Shown: positions 23,952-34,359 of the stretch, one piece after another
Layout: every line of letters begins with the position of its first letter
Numbering within the stretch: position 1 is the first letter of the stretch
Assembly (NCBI GenBank): GCA_964019335.1
Contig: OZ025703.1
Location: 186,001-250,000 of the forward strand
Direction of reading: 5' to 3'
Length of the DNA: 64,000 nucleotides
From: Diplonema japonicum
Lineage: Eukaryota; Protista; Euglenozoa: Diplonemea
The notes under the pieces: generated by a model
The model's database searches: none
Told to the model about the DNA's origin: nothing
Seen by the model: only the letters and a program-made list of their open reading frames with translations
Translations under genes and position numbers: made by a program

Positions 23952-25729
23952 GATCCTTCATGACCTTTCTTTTATTTAACTTGAATAGTTATTTGTTTCC
24001 CTTCCCTCGCTGGTGGGTAGTTGTGAGCACTTCTCCCTATCATCGAAAAGATTACTTTTTTTTTTTTGTTTTATCCAAATGCCGAGTAAGGATTTACTTC
24101 AGCTTTTTTGCCACCCCCCCTACTCGAGCGAAAAACCTTTTGACATCGATTTTAACATCTGATGACCTGTGCACACTGATTAAAGGCACGACAGGTGTGA
24201 AAAAGTAACGGCAAACCCAGATACGAAGAAATGCAGATACCACCACTTATTCTTTTCGGTGAGCGCAATCGTGCAGACCTTAAAAGAATATTTTTTTTTT
24301 CCTTTTTTTTTCCCATGATGGCTAACGTGGCAGAAGTTATTGTTAGCCTCCAGCACCTTTCGCCGGGTAGCTGTGAAAGGAAAAAATGTGGGTTTTCTTG
24401 TTCTCCTCTTTCGTATTTGTGGGAATACCTTTACCCTGCTTTCCTCCTGTTTTCTCCCTTCTCATTGTTTGCCTTTTTCTTCTTCTTTAACAACACTGTC
24501 AACCTTATCAAGGTTTTCAACTCTCCACCCCCACCCCCAAAGAATAATGGCTCAACTGTAATAACAAGAGCTAGTTCTTAGGTCACATTTTTCCCCCCCT
24601 CCCCCCGCTTTTCACGAAATCTTGTTTTCATGTCTTTCTCTTTCTTTCTCTGTCTTCCTTAGTAGCCGAGTGATAAAGGGGTCACTGATGATGAACTTTT
24701 TAAAGCAACAAGTCAACTTTTTTAAACATGAACAGTGAGCACCCCCCCCCCCCCCCCCCCCCATGCACACTGAAATTTTATCGATTTTTTTTTTGTTTCT
24801 TCGTTTGTTTGCTTGATAGGTTCCCATTGCTTGAGCATCAAACTAAGAAAGAACAGAGAGTGGGAAGGCATAACAAAAAGAAGGGGGGGGGGGGGGGGGG
24901 GGGGGAGAGAGAGAGAGAAAACAATTTTCTGCAAGGGATTCACTCCCCTCTCTCTCCCTAAACAGACGTACATTTGTGTTTTTTTTTCCCTCCCTTTCTT
25001 TTCTTCTTTTAAAATGTTTTTTTTTTCTTCTAGTTTTTCGCTGATGTAACTCAAAAGGGAAAAAAAAAAAGTGAGAGAAGGGAATAGAAAATAGGGAGAT
25101 GGTCGATGTGCTTCTGAACGTTGAGTACTCTGGCCCTCCTCCAGTAACTTTAACGAAGTACCACATACTCAGTCGCTGGGAGCCAAAACTCCTGTAGCCC
25201 GCAGATGCTTCACTGGCTATTCCCACGCTGAAATATTTTGGCCATTTATCCCTGCAGGTGACAACGCTTGCACAAACAATAGCTATTTATTGCCAACAAA
25301 TAATGAGTCATTATTTAACTCGAGTTCTCGAATTTTTTGCACGGGGGCCCTGCGGGCAAGTAGGTACGTTGAGTGTTAAATAATGGCTCATTTGGCGGTA
25401 AAGTAAGTCGTTTTATTTCACTCTTCGTCATTTGAGTCACTCACTCTTCACTGCTTTCACTGCTGTTTTTTCCCACGCAGGGTCAGCTTTTTGGGGATTT
25501 TCCTAAGGTAATACGGGGTAGCTATTTCGCCGTGGCATTTTAAAGGGAAGTAAAGCACATATTCCCACTTTTAACGGCCGGAATGGCCTCAGATGGCCAG
25601 AAATGGTCAAAATACTCCCAAGATTTTCTTCAAGGGGTTGGGTGCATTTTTTTTTTTTTTTTTTTTTTGCGACCCATTTTTTCACTCTGAAGCGACATTA
25701 TTAAACTGCAAAATCTCATTATTTAACTA

Positions 25730-26200
25730 CTGTAAAACGAAAAACTCCCGGACGGAAAAATGTCCGAGTTTTTTTGGCGTCCGGGAATTTTTCCGTCCGG
25801 GAGTTTTTCCGTCCGGGAATTTTTTTTAGGTAAGGCCGTCAGGGGGCCTGGTCCACTACCACCTACATACTGGCCAGGGCTGCAAACGGCAACCGCGCGA
25901 AGAAACCCCCAGGGTTCCCTTTCTGCATCTTTGTCCTCCCTTGCTGCCCCTGAGGCAATTAAGCTTGTCGAGCCTTCGTGTGGCCTACTACCTTTCTTAA
26001 TAGATGCTTTACAGCTGCGTTCAACCCAATATCCATCGGTTGAACCATGTAGGTGAGCCCAGGGGGACAAAAGCAATGTGCACGTTTGCGCCTGCGAACA
26101 ACTAGCAGCAGAATTCGGCAAAACCATGGGAATCGATGATTTATAGCAAAAAGGAAGAAACAGCTCCGTAACCCAGATACCAAGTATCATAATTAGCCCA
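25730..26200 (-). mobile_element. pogo/Tigger-like (DDE_1) transposon fragment
   Basis: CFCPPGLTYMVQPMDIGLNAAVKHLLR motif; TA-CTGTAAAACG terminus with repeated and inverted cgtccggga subterminal motifs. Confidence 0.75.
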
Positions 26201-26746
26201 ATGATTGGGCGATGCCGTTAGGCTCCATTCGATGGGCGGGTGCTTGACGGGGCACGGATAATCCCTGCCGGTTGCGTTTCCGCTTTGCCCCTGTATTTAA
26301 GTTGCGGTGCAACCCATCCAGCCAAGGAAACAGCCAGCTCAACCCACCAAAGTCTACCAGGTTTGTCTTTCGGGCTGGATTGGCGCGCAGCAGCCCTTCT
26401 GCATAGGTGCATATTTGTTGTGCTGGGATAGGCTCGCCAAGCCCGTTTTACCTATCGACTCAAGCAAAAACCTTTCAGCCCCCGAAGGATGCTAAATCCC
26501 GTATTGGGCGATACGCAGCTATCACGGCGTTGCGGCGGCCAGGGTGTGGTAGGGTGGAATAGCAACGTCCAGTATTTCCGTCTGGAAGAAACCGGGGGCT
26601 CTGTGTCGGGGGTTTGTACTTTCTACGGGACCACAGGGGACTTGGGAGGCTTCGGGGCGAAGTTTCACAAGGGTGGCCGCTGTGTCACATACTGCATGGC
26701 ACCACTAAAATCGAGACAACTTTTTTTTTTTTTTTTTTTTTTTTTT

Positions 26747-27206
26747 GATCCTGGAGTTCCACTTGAAGAGCGTCCTCAAATGGCTAAGAGGCCTGCGATG
26801 GTACGTAGGTAAGAGCATGACTTCCATCACAACGATGGAGCTCGCGATTGACTATGAGCAGACCACCCGCCGGTCACTCATAGGCCCGCTTGACGACCAG
26901 GACTTCCTCACGGAGGAGGCCAATAGAATGCGAGATCTCTTGAGTCGCATCCAGAAGAGTGCAGAGAAAGGGGGGCGCAATGCTTTCCCTGCCAAAGCTA
27001 AGTCGAGGGTGCACACCTTGCGAGATATGGGGGGCCCGACGGCACACGGGTACAACAGGAGACCACTCTTCTCCTCGAGCCAAACAGCCCCTTACCTAGC
27101 ACGACTCCATGTAATGTTCCTCGCCCAGATACCGTCCATCTCATCGTGACAAACAGCCACCGCAGGCACCAGACAGCAACCGCAGAACGGTGACCGATTA
27201 GTGTGA
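26747..27206 (+). mobile_element. 3' fragment of a non-LTR retrotransposon (second family)
   Basis: LKWLRGLRW..MELAIDYEQTT..FPA..RVHTLRDMGG..GYNRRPLF aligns by eye with the C-terminus of the RT ORF at 30390-32300; begins right after a poly-T run. Confidence 0.8.
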
Positions 27207-27512
27207 ATTTCTATTTGAACAGTGAGCACCCCCATGCACACTGAAACTTTATCGAATTTTTGAGAATCCGCTCCTGTTTTTTCTGTTGGCAATGAAAACA
27301 GAGAGAATAAAATATCTCGTCCCTTGGCTTTTGGAAATTGTCTTGGAAACAGCCTTTCCCAAATTCCCCATGGCGTCAACCACGCGCCCCCCCCCCCCCC
27401 CCCCCCCCCCGGGGGAGAGAAGAAAAGAATGTGGGGAAAAGTACTGCAACTAAGATAACAACAACAACAACAACAGATTCCTTAAACACATATACAAAAA
27501 AAAGAAAAAGAA

Positions 27513-28382
27513 ATGGGTTCCGCAGGAAGCATTGCGGCCGTCATCGACGTGTCCATCACAGCCTTCTACTTGGACATGAGGGTGAACCTCAACGGCGGCA
27601 GCGGGTGGGATAGTCCCATCTACTGCGCGGCTTTCCCGAACGGAGCTGCCGGCATGAATCCCCAAGACCACACCAATGTGATTATGAACCCGACTCACGA
27701 CGGGAGTGGCAGCTACTTGATGCCGAGGATCACAAGGGATGCCAACAACAACACCATTGGTCCTCAAGTCACTTACGAGGTGAAGTGCAGCATTAACCCT
27801 AAGTATGGTGACTGGTCTTACCTCAGCACTACTGTGATAACCCCTGCTGCTCCGACACCGGCTCTCACCCTTGCTCCCTGTGTGACTGGAGTAAAGCTGA
27901 ACGGGGTCCCCGTGACTCAGATCGACATGGACGGACAGGAGACCCTTGACCTCGGGGGGAAGACCTGGTCGCACTTCCCGAACCACATGAACGGGATGCA
28001 CGCCTACTCCCTCCCGTACCCTGTTCCCGCAACAACCAAGATCGAGATGACCTGCTGCGGTGGGGAGGAGTGTGTGTTCTTCGTGGCTCTGTACAACTGT
28101 ACAGCGTGCCTCAAACCCAGGCCCGTTGGCCTCGCCGAGACCCTCGTCCTGGACGGGTGGGACAGTGGTGCATGCTCCCCCAGGTTCGAGGGGGACTTCA
28201 AGACCACCGCCTTCCGCAAGGGTGTTGACGCTGTGAAACAAGACGTTGTCCTCACCTACACCGCACCCCACGAGGAGATCATGCAGGTGTTCGGGTTGGA
28301 GGGGGCTGTTCAGAACCCGTGGTGCGTGAAGCCTGTGGCTCCTGGTGGTGCTGGGTGCGGTGGGAAGTGCCCTGTCTTCTAA
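27513..28382 (+). CDS. Array family type B (289 aa)
   Basis: Protein identical to the other B copies. Confidence 0.9.
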   Translation: MGSAGSIAAVIDVSITAFYLDMRVNLNGGSGWDSPIYCAAFPNGAAGMNPQDHTNVIMNPTHDGSGSYLMPRITRDANNNTIGPQVTYEVKCSINPKYGDWSYLSTTVITPAAPTPALTLAPCVTGVKLNGVPVTQIDMDGQETLDLGGKTWSHFPNHMNGMHAYSLPYPVPATTKIEMTCCGGEECVFFVALYNCTACLKPRPVGLAETLVLDGWDSGACSPRFEGDFKTTAFRKGVDAVKQDVVLTYTAPHEEIMQVFGLEGAVQNPWCVKPVAPGGAGCGGKCPVF

Positions 28383-28427
28383 GACCTTTTTGACCTTTCT
28401 TTTCGTTTAAATGTCTCTCTCTTTTTT

Positions 28428-28460
<33 letters not shown>

Positions 28461-29625
28461 CTTTTATTGCGAGGGGCTTGTCCTGTACTTTGAGATTTAT
28501 TTAATTTGAACAGTTATTCCCTCCCTGGTGGTCGTTGAAAACATCGGAGGGGTTCCTTTTTTTTTGTTTTATCCAAATGCCGAGTAAGGATTTACTTATT
28601 CGAGTTTTTTTTGCTCTACTCGAGCGAAGAACCTTTTAACATCTGATGACCCTGTGCACACTGATTGAAGGCACAAAGATACAGGGGTGAACAAGTAACG
28701 GGAAAACCCAAATACGAAGAGACAAGATAAGAGGAAGATAAAGCACACCACTTATTATTATTATTATTATTATTATTTTTCTCCCCATGATGGCTAACGT
28801 GGCAGAAGTCATTGTTAGCCTCCAGCACCTTTCGCCGGGTAGCTGTGAAGGAAAAAGAATGGGGGTTTTTCTTGATCTTCTCTTTATTATTTGTGGGAAT
28901 ACCTTTACCCTGCTTTCCTCTTGTTGTGTTGGCCTTTTTATTTTTCCTTCTCCTTTTTTTTTTAATACCCTTTTTACACTGTCAACCTTATCAAGTTAAG
29001 GTTTTCAAATTACAACTCTCCCCCTCCCTCCGCTTTTCACGAAATCTTGGTTTTCATGTGTTTCTCTTTCATTCTCTGTCCTCCTTTGTAGCCGAGTGAT
29101 AAAGGGGTCACTACTGATGACGAACTTTTTAAAGCAACAAGCAACCATGAAGCGTCCTTTGTCGCGAGTATTGGGTGGTAGGTCGCCCGGTAAACTAGCT
29201 GCCGAATACTCTTGAGGTCGTTTTTTTGTATCTTCGTTTGTTTGCTTGATAGGTTCCCATTGCTTGAGCAACAAACTAAGAAAGAACAGTGGGAGGGAGA
29301 AACACACAACAAAAAGAAAACAAGATACAAAGAAGAGCGGAAAAAAAAAGATCTCTCTCTCCCTAAACATATGCACTTTTATGTTTTTTTTATTTTTTTT
29401 ATTTATATTATTTATCTTATAGTTCAAAAATTTCTTCACTCCTAACCCCCCCTATAATCGAGAAATAGCCTTTCCCAAATTCCCCATGGCGTCAACCACG
29501 CCCCCCCCCCCCCCCCCCCCCGGGGGAGAGAAGAAAAGAATGTGGGGAAAAGTACTGCAACTAAGATAACAACAACAACAACAACAGATTCCTTAAACAC
29601 ACATAAACAAAAAAAAAAAGAAGAA

Positions 29626-30264
29626 ATGGGTTCCGCAGGGAGCATTGCGGCCACCAGCGTCGTGTCTCTCACATCCTTCTATTTCGACATGAGGGTGAAC
29701 CTCGATGGTGGAGGTAATTACGGGTGGCAGAGTCCCATCTACTGCGCGGCTTTCCCGAACGGAGCTGCCGGCATGAATCCCCAAGACCACACCAATGTGA
29801 TTATGAACCCGACTCACGACGGGAGTGACAGCTACTTGATGCCGAGGATCACAAGGGATTCCAACAACAATGCCATCAATCCTCAAGTCACTTACGAGGT
29901 GAAGTGCAGCATTGACCCTAAGAATGGTGACTGGTCTTACCTCAGCACTACTGTGATAACCCCTGCTGTTCCCACATCCGAGCTCACTCCTGCCCCACCA
30001 ACTCTTTCGCCACCAACTCCTGCCCCCGCAACACCTGCTCCACCAACTCCTTCACCACCAACACCTGCTCCACCTACTCCTTTCCCAGCAACACCTGCCC
30101 CTTCAACACCTTTCCCACCAACACCTGCTCCACCAACTCCTTCGCCACCAACTCCTGCTCCCGCAACACTTGCCCCCACAACACCTGAGCCGACCCCTGT
30201 ACCTGAGACCGAACTTGTCCCGTCAGACAACGGGGAACCAGCTGCTTCTTGGAATGGGATTTGA
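29626..30264 (+). CDS. Array family type C, short (212 aa) with polymerase-derived tail
   Basis: Same N- and C-termini as 12776-14890 with most internal repeats missing. Confidence 0.82.
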   Translation: MGSAGSIAATSVVSLTSFYFDMRVNLDGGGNYGWQSPIYCAAFPNGAAGMNPQDHTNVIMNPTHDGSDSYLMPRITRDSNNNAINPQVTYEVKCSIDPKNGDWSYLSTTVITPAVPTSELTPAPPTLSPPTPAPATPAPPTPSPPTPAPPTPFPATPAPSTPFPPTPAPPTPSPPTPAPATLAPTTPEPTPVPETELVPSDNGEPAASWNGI

Positions 30265-30389
30265 AAGACGAAAGCTGTGTCAATTGGATACAGGGGGGAA
30301 AAAAGGGGGTTTCTTTTTTTGAGGCGTCTTGTCACATACTGCAGGTACCCTTAAATGTCTCTTTTTTTTTTTTTTCTTTTCTTCTTTTT

Positions 30390-32351
30390 GCGGCGGCGGT
30401 GATGATCAGGACAATCGAGAAGGAAGCACCTGGAACGGAGGTTCTGTCCTATGCAGATGACACGTACCTTCTGGCAGAGTTGGAGAAGACCTTGCAGGCT
30501 GCGGTAAACGGAACTTTGGAGTTCTGCGGACTCACTGGGATGAAGCTTAACCCGGAGAAAACGGTAGCGTTTGGCACGAAGAAGGGCTTCCGGTCAAAAG
30601 TGCTGGGTGATAGGACAGTAACACAGAAAGGGAGAGAGGTCGCAGTCCCCTATAGAACAGTGACGTCGTTCAAGGCACTGGGCGTGATGGTGTTCACGAA
30701 CAGGACAGGAACGACGTGGAACGAGCCAGCGACGGAAGCGGCCAACAAGCTAGACCGGCTGGGAGGGACAAGCCTGTCCTTCGAAACAAAAGGATACCTG
30801 ATTGGAACATCGGTCTTGCCGTCGTGCCTCTACAGCAGCCCGTTCTCCCCTCCGAGTGATGAGGCGCTGAAGAAGCTAACAACGAGAGTGACCTGCAACC
30901 TATGGGGGCCTCACTTCCGAGGACGATCGCCTGCAGCGGTGAATACGGTTTTGCTGAAAGGACACATCAATGACCCGTTGTCCTACGTCATCTGTCACTC
31001 GCTAAAAGTGATATCGAGCGCGCTGGAAAGGACAGGTCTTGGACAGAGAGTGCGACAAATAGTGCAGAGGTACGGCTCACAGAGGACCCCCTTGGGACCG
31101 GTGGGGAATCTGATATGCAGGTGGATGCCGAGAATCGGATGGGACTGGGAGAAGATGGAAATAGCCACAGAACTTGAGTGGCCCAAGCGAGGAAGCGCCT
31201 TCAGGGCGGCTGTAAGGGCAGCCAGGAGTGCGACACTAGCAACGGAACGGAAGACGGTCAGCGGACTCGGGGAAGGAGCAGATCCCAAAACGAATGACCT
31301 CTGGAGGACAGCTAAAGATCGCCATCTAGCTTTCTGTATCAAGAGGGTAATTGCGGGAGGGATCCCCTACCTAAGTCCGTATGCCAGAGCAGGACCAAAG
31401 TGTGTACCCCCCACGAATGAAGACGACGAGTCCGAGGGACGGAGCGAAGAAGAGGAAGATCAAGACGAGCCAGCGGCGCATGAAGGACAAGACGAGTCGG
31501 GATTTGAATGTGACCTCTGCCCGACCAAGCATGCGGACACAGTAACACTGCTACGCCACCAGCTGTACGAGTGCCCGCCAGCACGAGAGGAGCTGATACG
31601 GGAGGAGATGGAACCACTGCGCGACAGGACGGGATGGCCGCTCTGCCTCGAGCTGCATGCCATCCTACCAAGGGGGAACGGGTTCGAACACCTGGAGAAG
31701 CTGCAGCGATACCTGGCAATGGTGGTGGAAAAGCGGGACGAAGGGCTGATGCAGGCAGAAGGCGGCAACAAGAAGCTACCATGGGAGCGGGAAGTGACAG
31801 GCAAAGTGACCCCGGTACCGACGACAGCACAGCTGGGGACAGTGGTGGGACTGCTGGAGCAATTCGGGGAACCACTACTGGAATGGATGGGAAAGCTGCG
31901 ATGGGTGGAGGGCGACACCGACTCGGAGGTTTCGGCAGCGGAACTTGCACTCGACTTTGAGGAGACAACCGGTAAATCACTGGGAGTCTACAACATGCAG
32001 AGGAAGGCACGCAGAATCAAGCTGTTGGTGGAGAGAGCCAACGCAGTGTGCAGAACGAGACGGATAAGACGCCCCTTCCCTGCGGACGGGGCAAAGAGGG
32101 TCAAGTCGCTCACAGCGATCGGAGGCAAGGCTGCAATAGGCTTTAACAGGAGACCGATCTTCGCATCAAGACAGACAGCGCAAAAGCTACAGGAGTTGAA
32201 AGGGACATACAAGAAAGAACGCGTGTCGAGACTACGAAAAGCTTTAAAGGCGACAATAGGAACGAAGGCTATGCTCCAGAAGGGGAGCATTAATAGATAG
32301 GAACTCACACCACAAGAGGCTGTCCTCGAGTGGGATTGTCTTTTACTATGA
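30390..32351 (+). mobile_element. 5'-truncated non-LTR retrotransposon (partial RT, CCHC zinc finger, C-terminal domain)
   Basis: SYADD, GMKLNPEKT, FKALGV, CDLC-x12-H-x4-C; frame open to the stop at 32300; inserted in a polypyrimidine tract; ends TTTTACTATGA. Confidence 0.9.
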
Positions 32352-32430
32352 GTTTTTTTTCTTGAACAGTGAGAACCCCCATGCACACTGAAACTTTATC
32401 GAATTTCTTTTTTTTTCTTCTTTTTTATTT

Positions 32431-32519
32431 CGAAGGCGATGCTCCAGAAGGGAGCATTAATAGATAGGAACTCAGACCACAGGAGGCTGTCCTCAAAGTG
32501 GGATTTTCTTTTACTATGA
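32431..32519 (+). mobile_element. 89-bp 3'-terminal copy of the same retroelement
   Basis: Near-copy of ~32262-32351, flanked by a tttttattt direct repeat (possible TSD). Confidence 0.75.
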
Positions 32520-32920
32520 TTTTTATTTTATCTCATGCTCTGGAAAAAAGTTAAAACCCCTACAATAACTGATTCCTGAAACGCGCGTTAATTCTATTTT
32601 TCTATTTTCTCTTTAATTATTTTTTTTTATATCTTTCCTCTCTTTTCCCAAAGTGAATATCTCCCTTGAACGGTGAGCACTCACCCCGACATCAAAATTT
32701 ATCAAATTTTCTCTCCTAGCATCATCCCCCCTTTTTTTTTTAAGGCGATCCTGTCGCATACTGCAGGTTCCCTTCAAAGACATCTTTTTTATCTCATCTA
32801 AAAAAAAGAAGTTAAACCCCCCCCCCCCCCCCCTATAGCCTCCTTTTTTTTTTATACTGGAACTAAGACCACAATAACAGATTCCTTAAACACACATATA
32901 CAAAAAAGAAAAAAAAAAAA

Positions 32921-33032
32921 GGGTTCCGCAGGAAGCATTGCGGCCGTCATCGACGTGTCCATCACAGCCTTCTACTTGGACATGAGGGTGAACCTCGATG
33001 GTGGCAGCGGGTGGCAGAGTCCCATCTACTGT
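32921..33032 (+). pseudogene. Truncated array-family gene (ATG lost, joined to a piggyBac remnant)
   Basis: Family leader, then gggttccgcagg..cccatctactgt with no ATG; homology stops near codon 38. Confidence 0.88.
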
Positions 33033-33981
33033 CCGTGCCGTATCTACAGTTGTCAAAGACAATCCAGAAACTCTGGCGCTGATATTCGGTGAGCAGCTCT
33101 ACCTCTTTCCCCCGGGTGCCCGCGCTGATATAAACAATCATGTTTAGAGTGTAACCGGTGTTTGATTCGCATTTTGAACCCATAACGCTTCCTCTTCTTC
33201 GGCTCATAAACAATGAACCCGACACGGCTTCTACAGCGTATGATGGTTCATCCACAGCAAGGTTTCGCTTGGGTACATACAGGGGTGACCAAGAAGGAAC
33301 CACAAGATTTATAAGATCGTGCCCTTTAGCCATTCTCCTTCTCCTCCACCAGGGGGGCAACCCAAACCGCATTTGACGCATTATTTTTAGGAGCCTGTCT
33401 CTTTCCATCACCGTTCTGAAATATGGGGTATCTGTTAGTTCATCCTGTGCCCGGTAGACCTTGATATCTGTTTTGATTATGAGCCCTGTAAGTATCCAAA
33501 GGCCTCTATACCACTCGAATGGCTTGCTGCCCACCCCCACGATAACCTTTTAGAGCCGCAGGAGTGAAAAACAACTCAAAGTACAGGACAAACCCCCTGC
33601 TGGAGTATCAAAAACAAAGGAAAAGACCTCCATCCCGTTGAGACCCACTATTGGTACACTGTTGGACCGAATACTTTGCGAAATATTTTTTTTCCCCACC
33701 TTCTCGATTTTGTCATCCCATTCCATATCCGGGATATCCCCATCATCCGGTGACACTGACCCTTCTTCTAGAAGTGCTTTCAGCACTACTCATAATGGGG
33801 TGTGAAAAAAACAATGTTTGTGCCACTATTTTTTTTTCTTCCCTTGCAGTTTGGATGTATAAAAAAAGTCGCGCAATAAGGCCCCTCTTTAAAGAGTGGG
33901 CATGCAGAGCACTAAAAATGCCTTAGCAGAATTGGAAAAAAAAAGAATCAGACTGATTTATCAGCTCCGGTCCTTTATGGG
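33033..33981 (-). mobile_element. piggyBac fragment (one end + 5' half of the transposase)
   Basis: TPYFRTVMERDRLLKIMR, LAVDE, CESNTGYTLNMIVY, IVFDN; terminus GGG-TTAA at 33979-33985; the same TTAA is empty at ~9426 and ~19170. Confidence 0.88.
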
Positions 33982-34158
33982 TTAATGATAACCCTTCCGT
34001 CAACCATCATCAGAATTTAACATCTGATGTCCTCTCCTCTTCCCGCCCTTCCTTTTCCATCTACTGAGAGAAAAGAAGGAATAGTGGAAAAAAAAATGAC
34101 AGATCTGGCAAACTCGGCAATCTGAGTATTCTCACTAGAACCTCTTTTCTTCTTCAAT

Positions 34159-34215
<57 letters not shown>

Positions 34216-34359
34216 ATGATCCCTCCACCCATCGACCTCTCGACCTCCCACTTTGGTTTAACTGCTAGAAACAGGAACCGTTAAGATAACAACAACAACA
34301 ACAACAACAGATTCCTTAAACACACATAAACAAAAAAAAAAAAAAAAGAAAAAGAAGAA

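Noticed and set aside
30249-30389. 683-aa fusion ORF beginning MEWDLKDESC upstream of the RT fragment
   Set aside because: Starts at TTG and reads through a 3' flank and poly-T tract; accidental read-in to a truncated element
30390-32300. Diversity-generating retroelement driving the loop variation
   Set aside because: The RT is a truncated LINE type, no template repeat is present, and the loop changes are not adenine-specific
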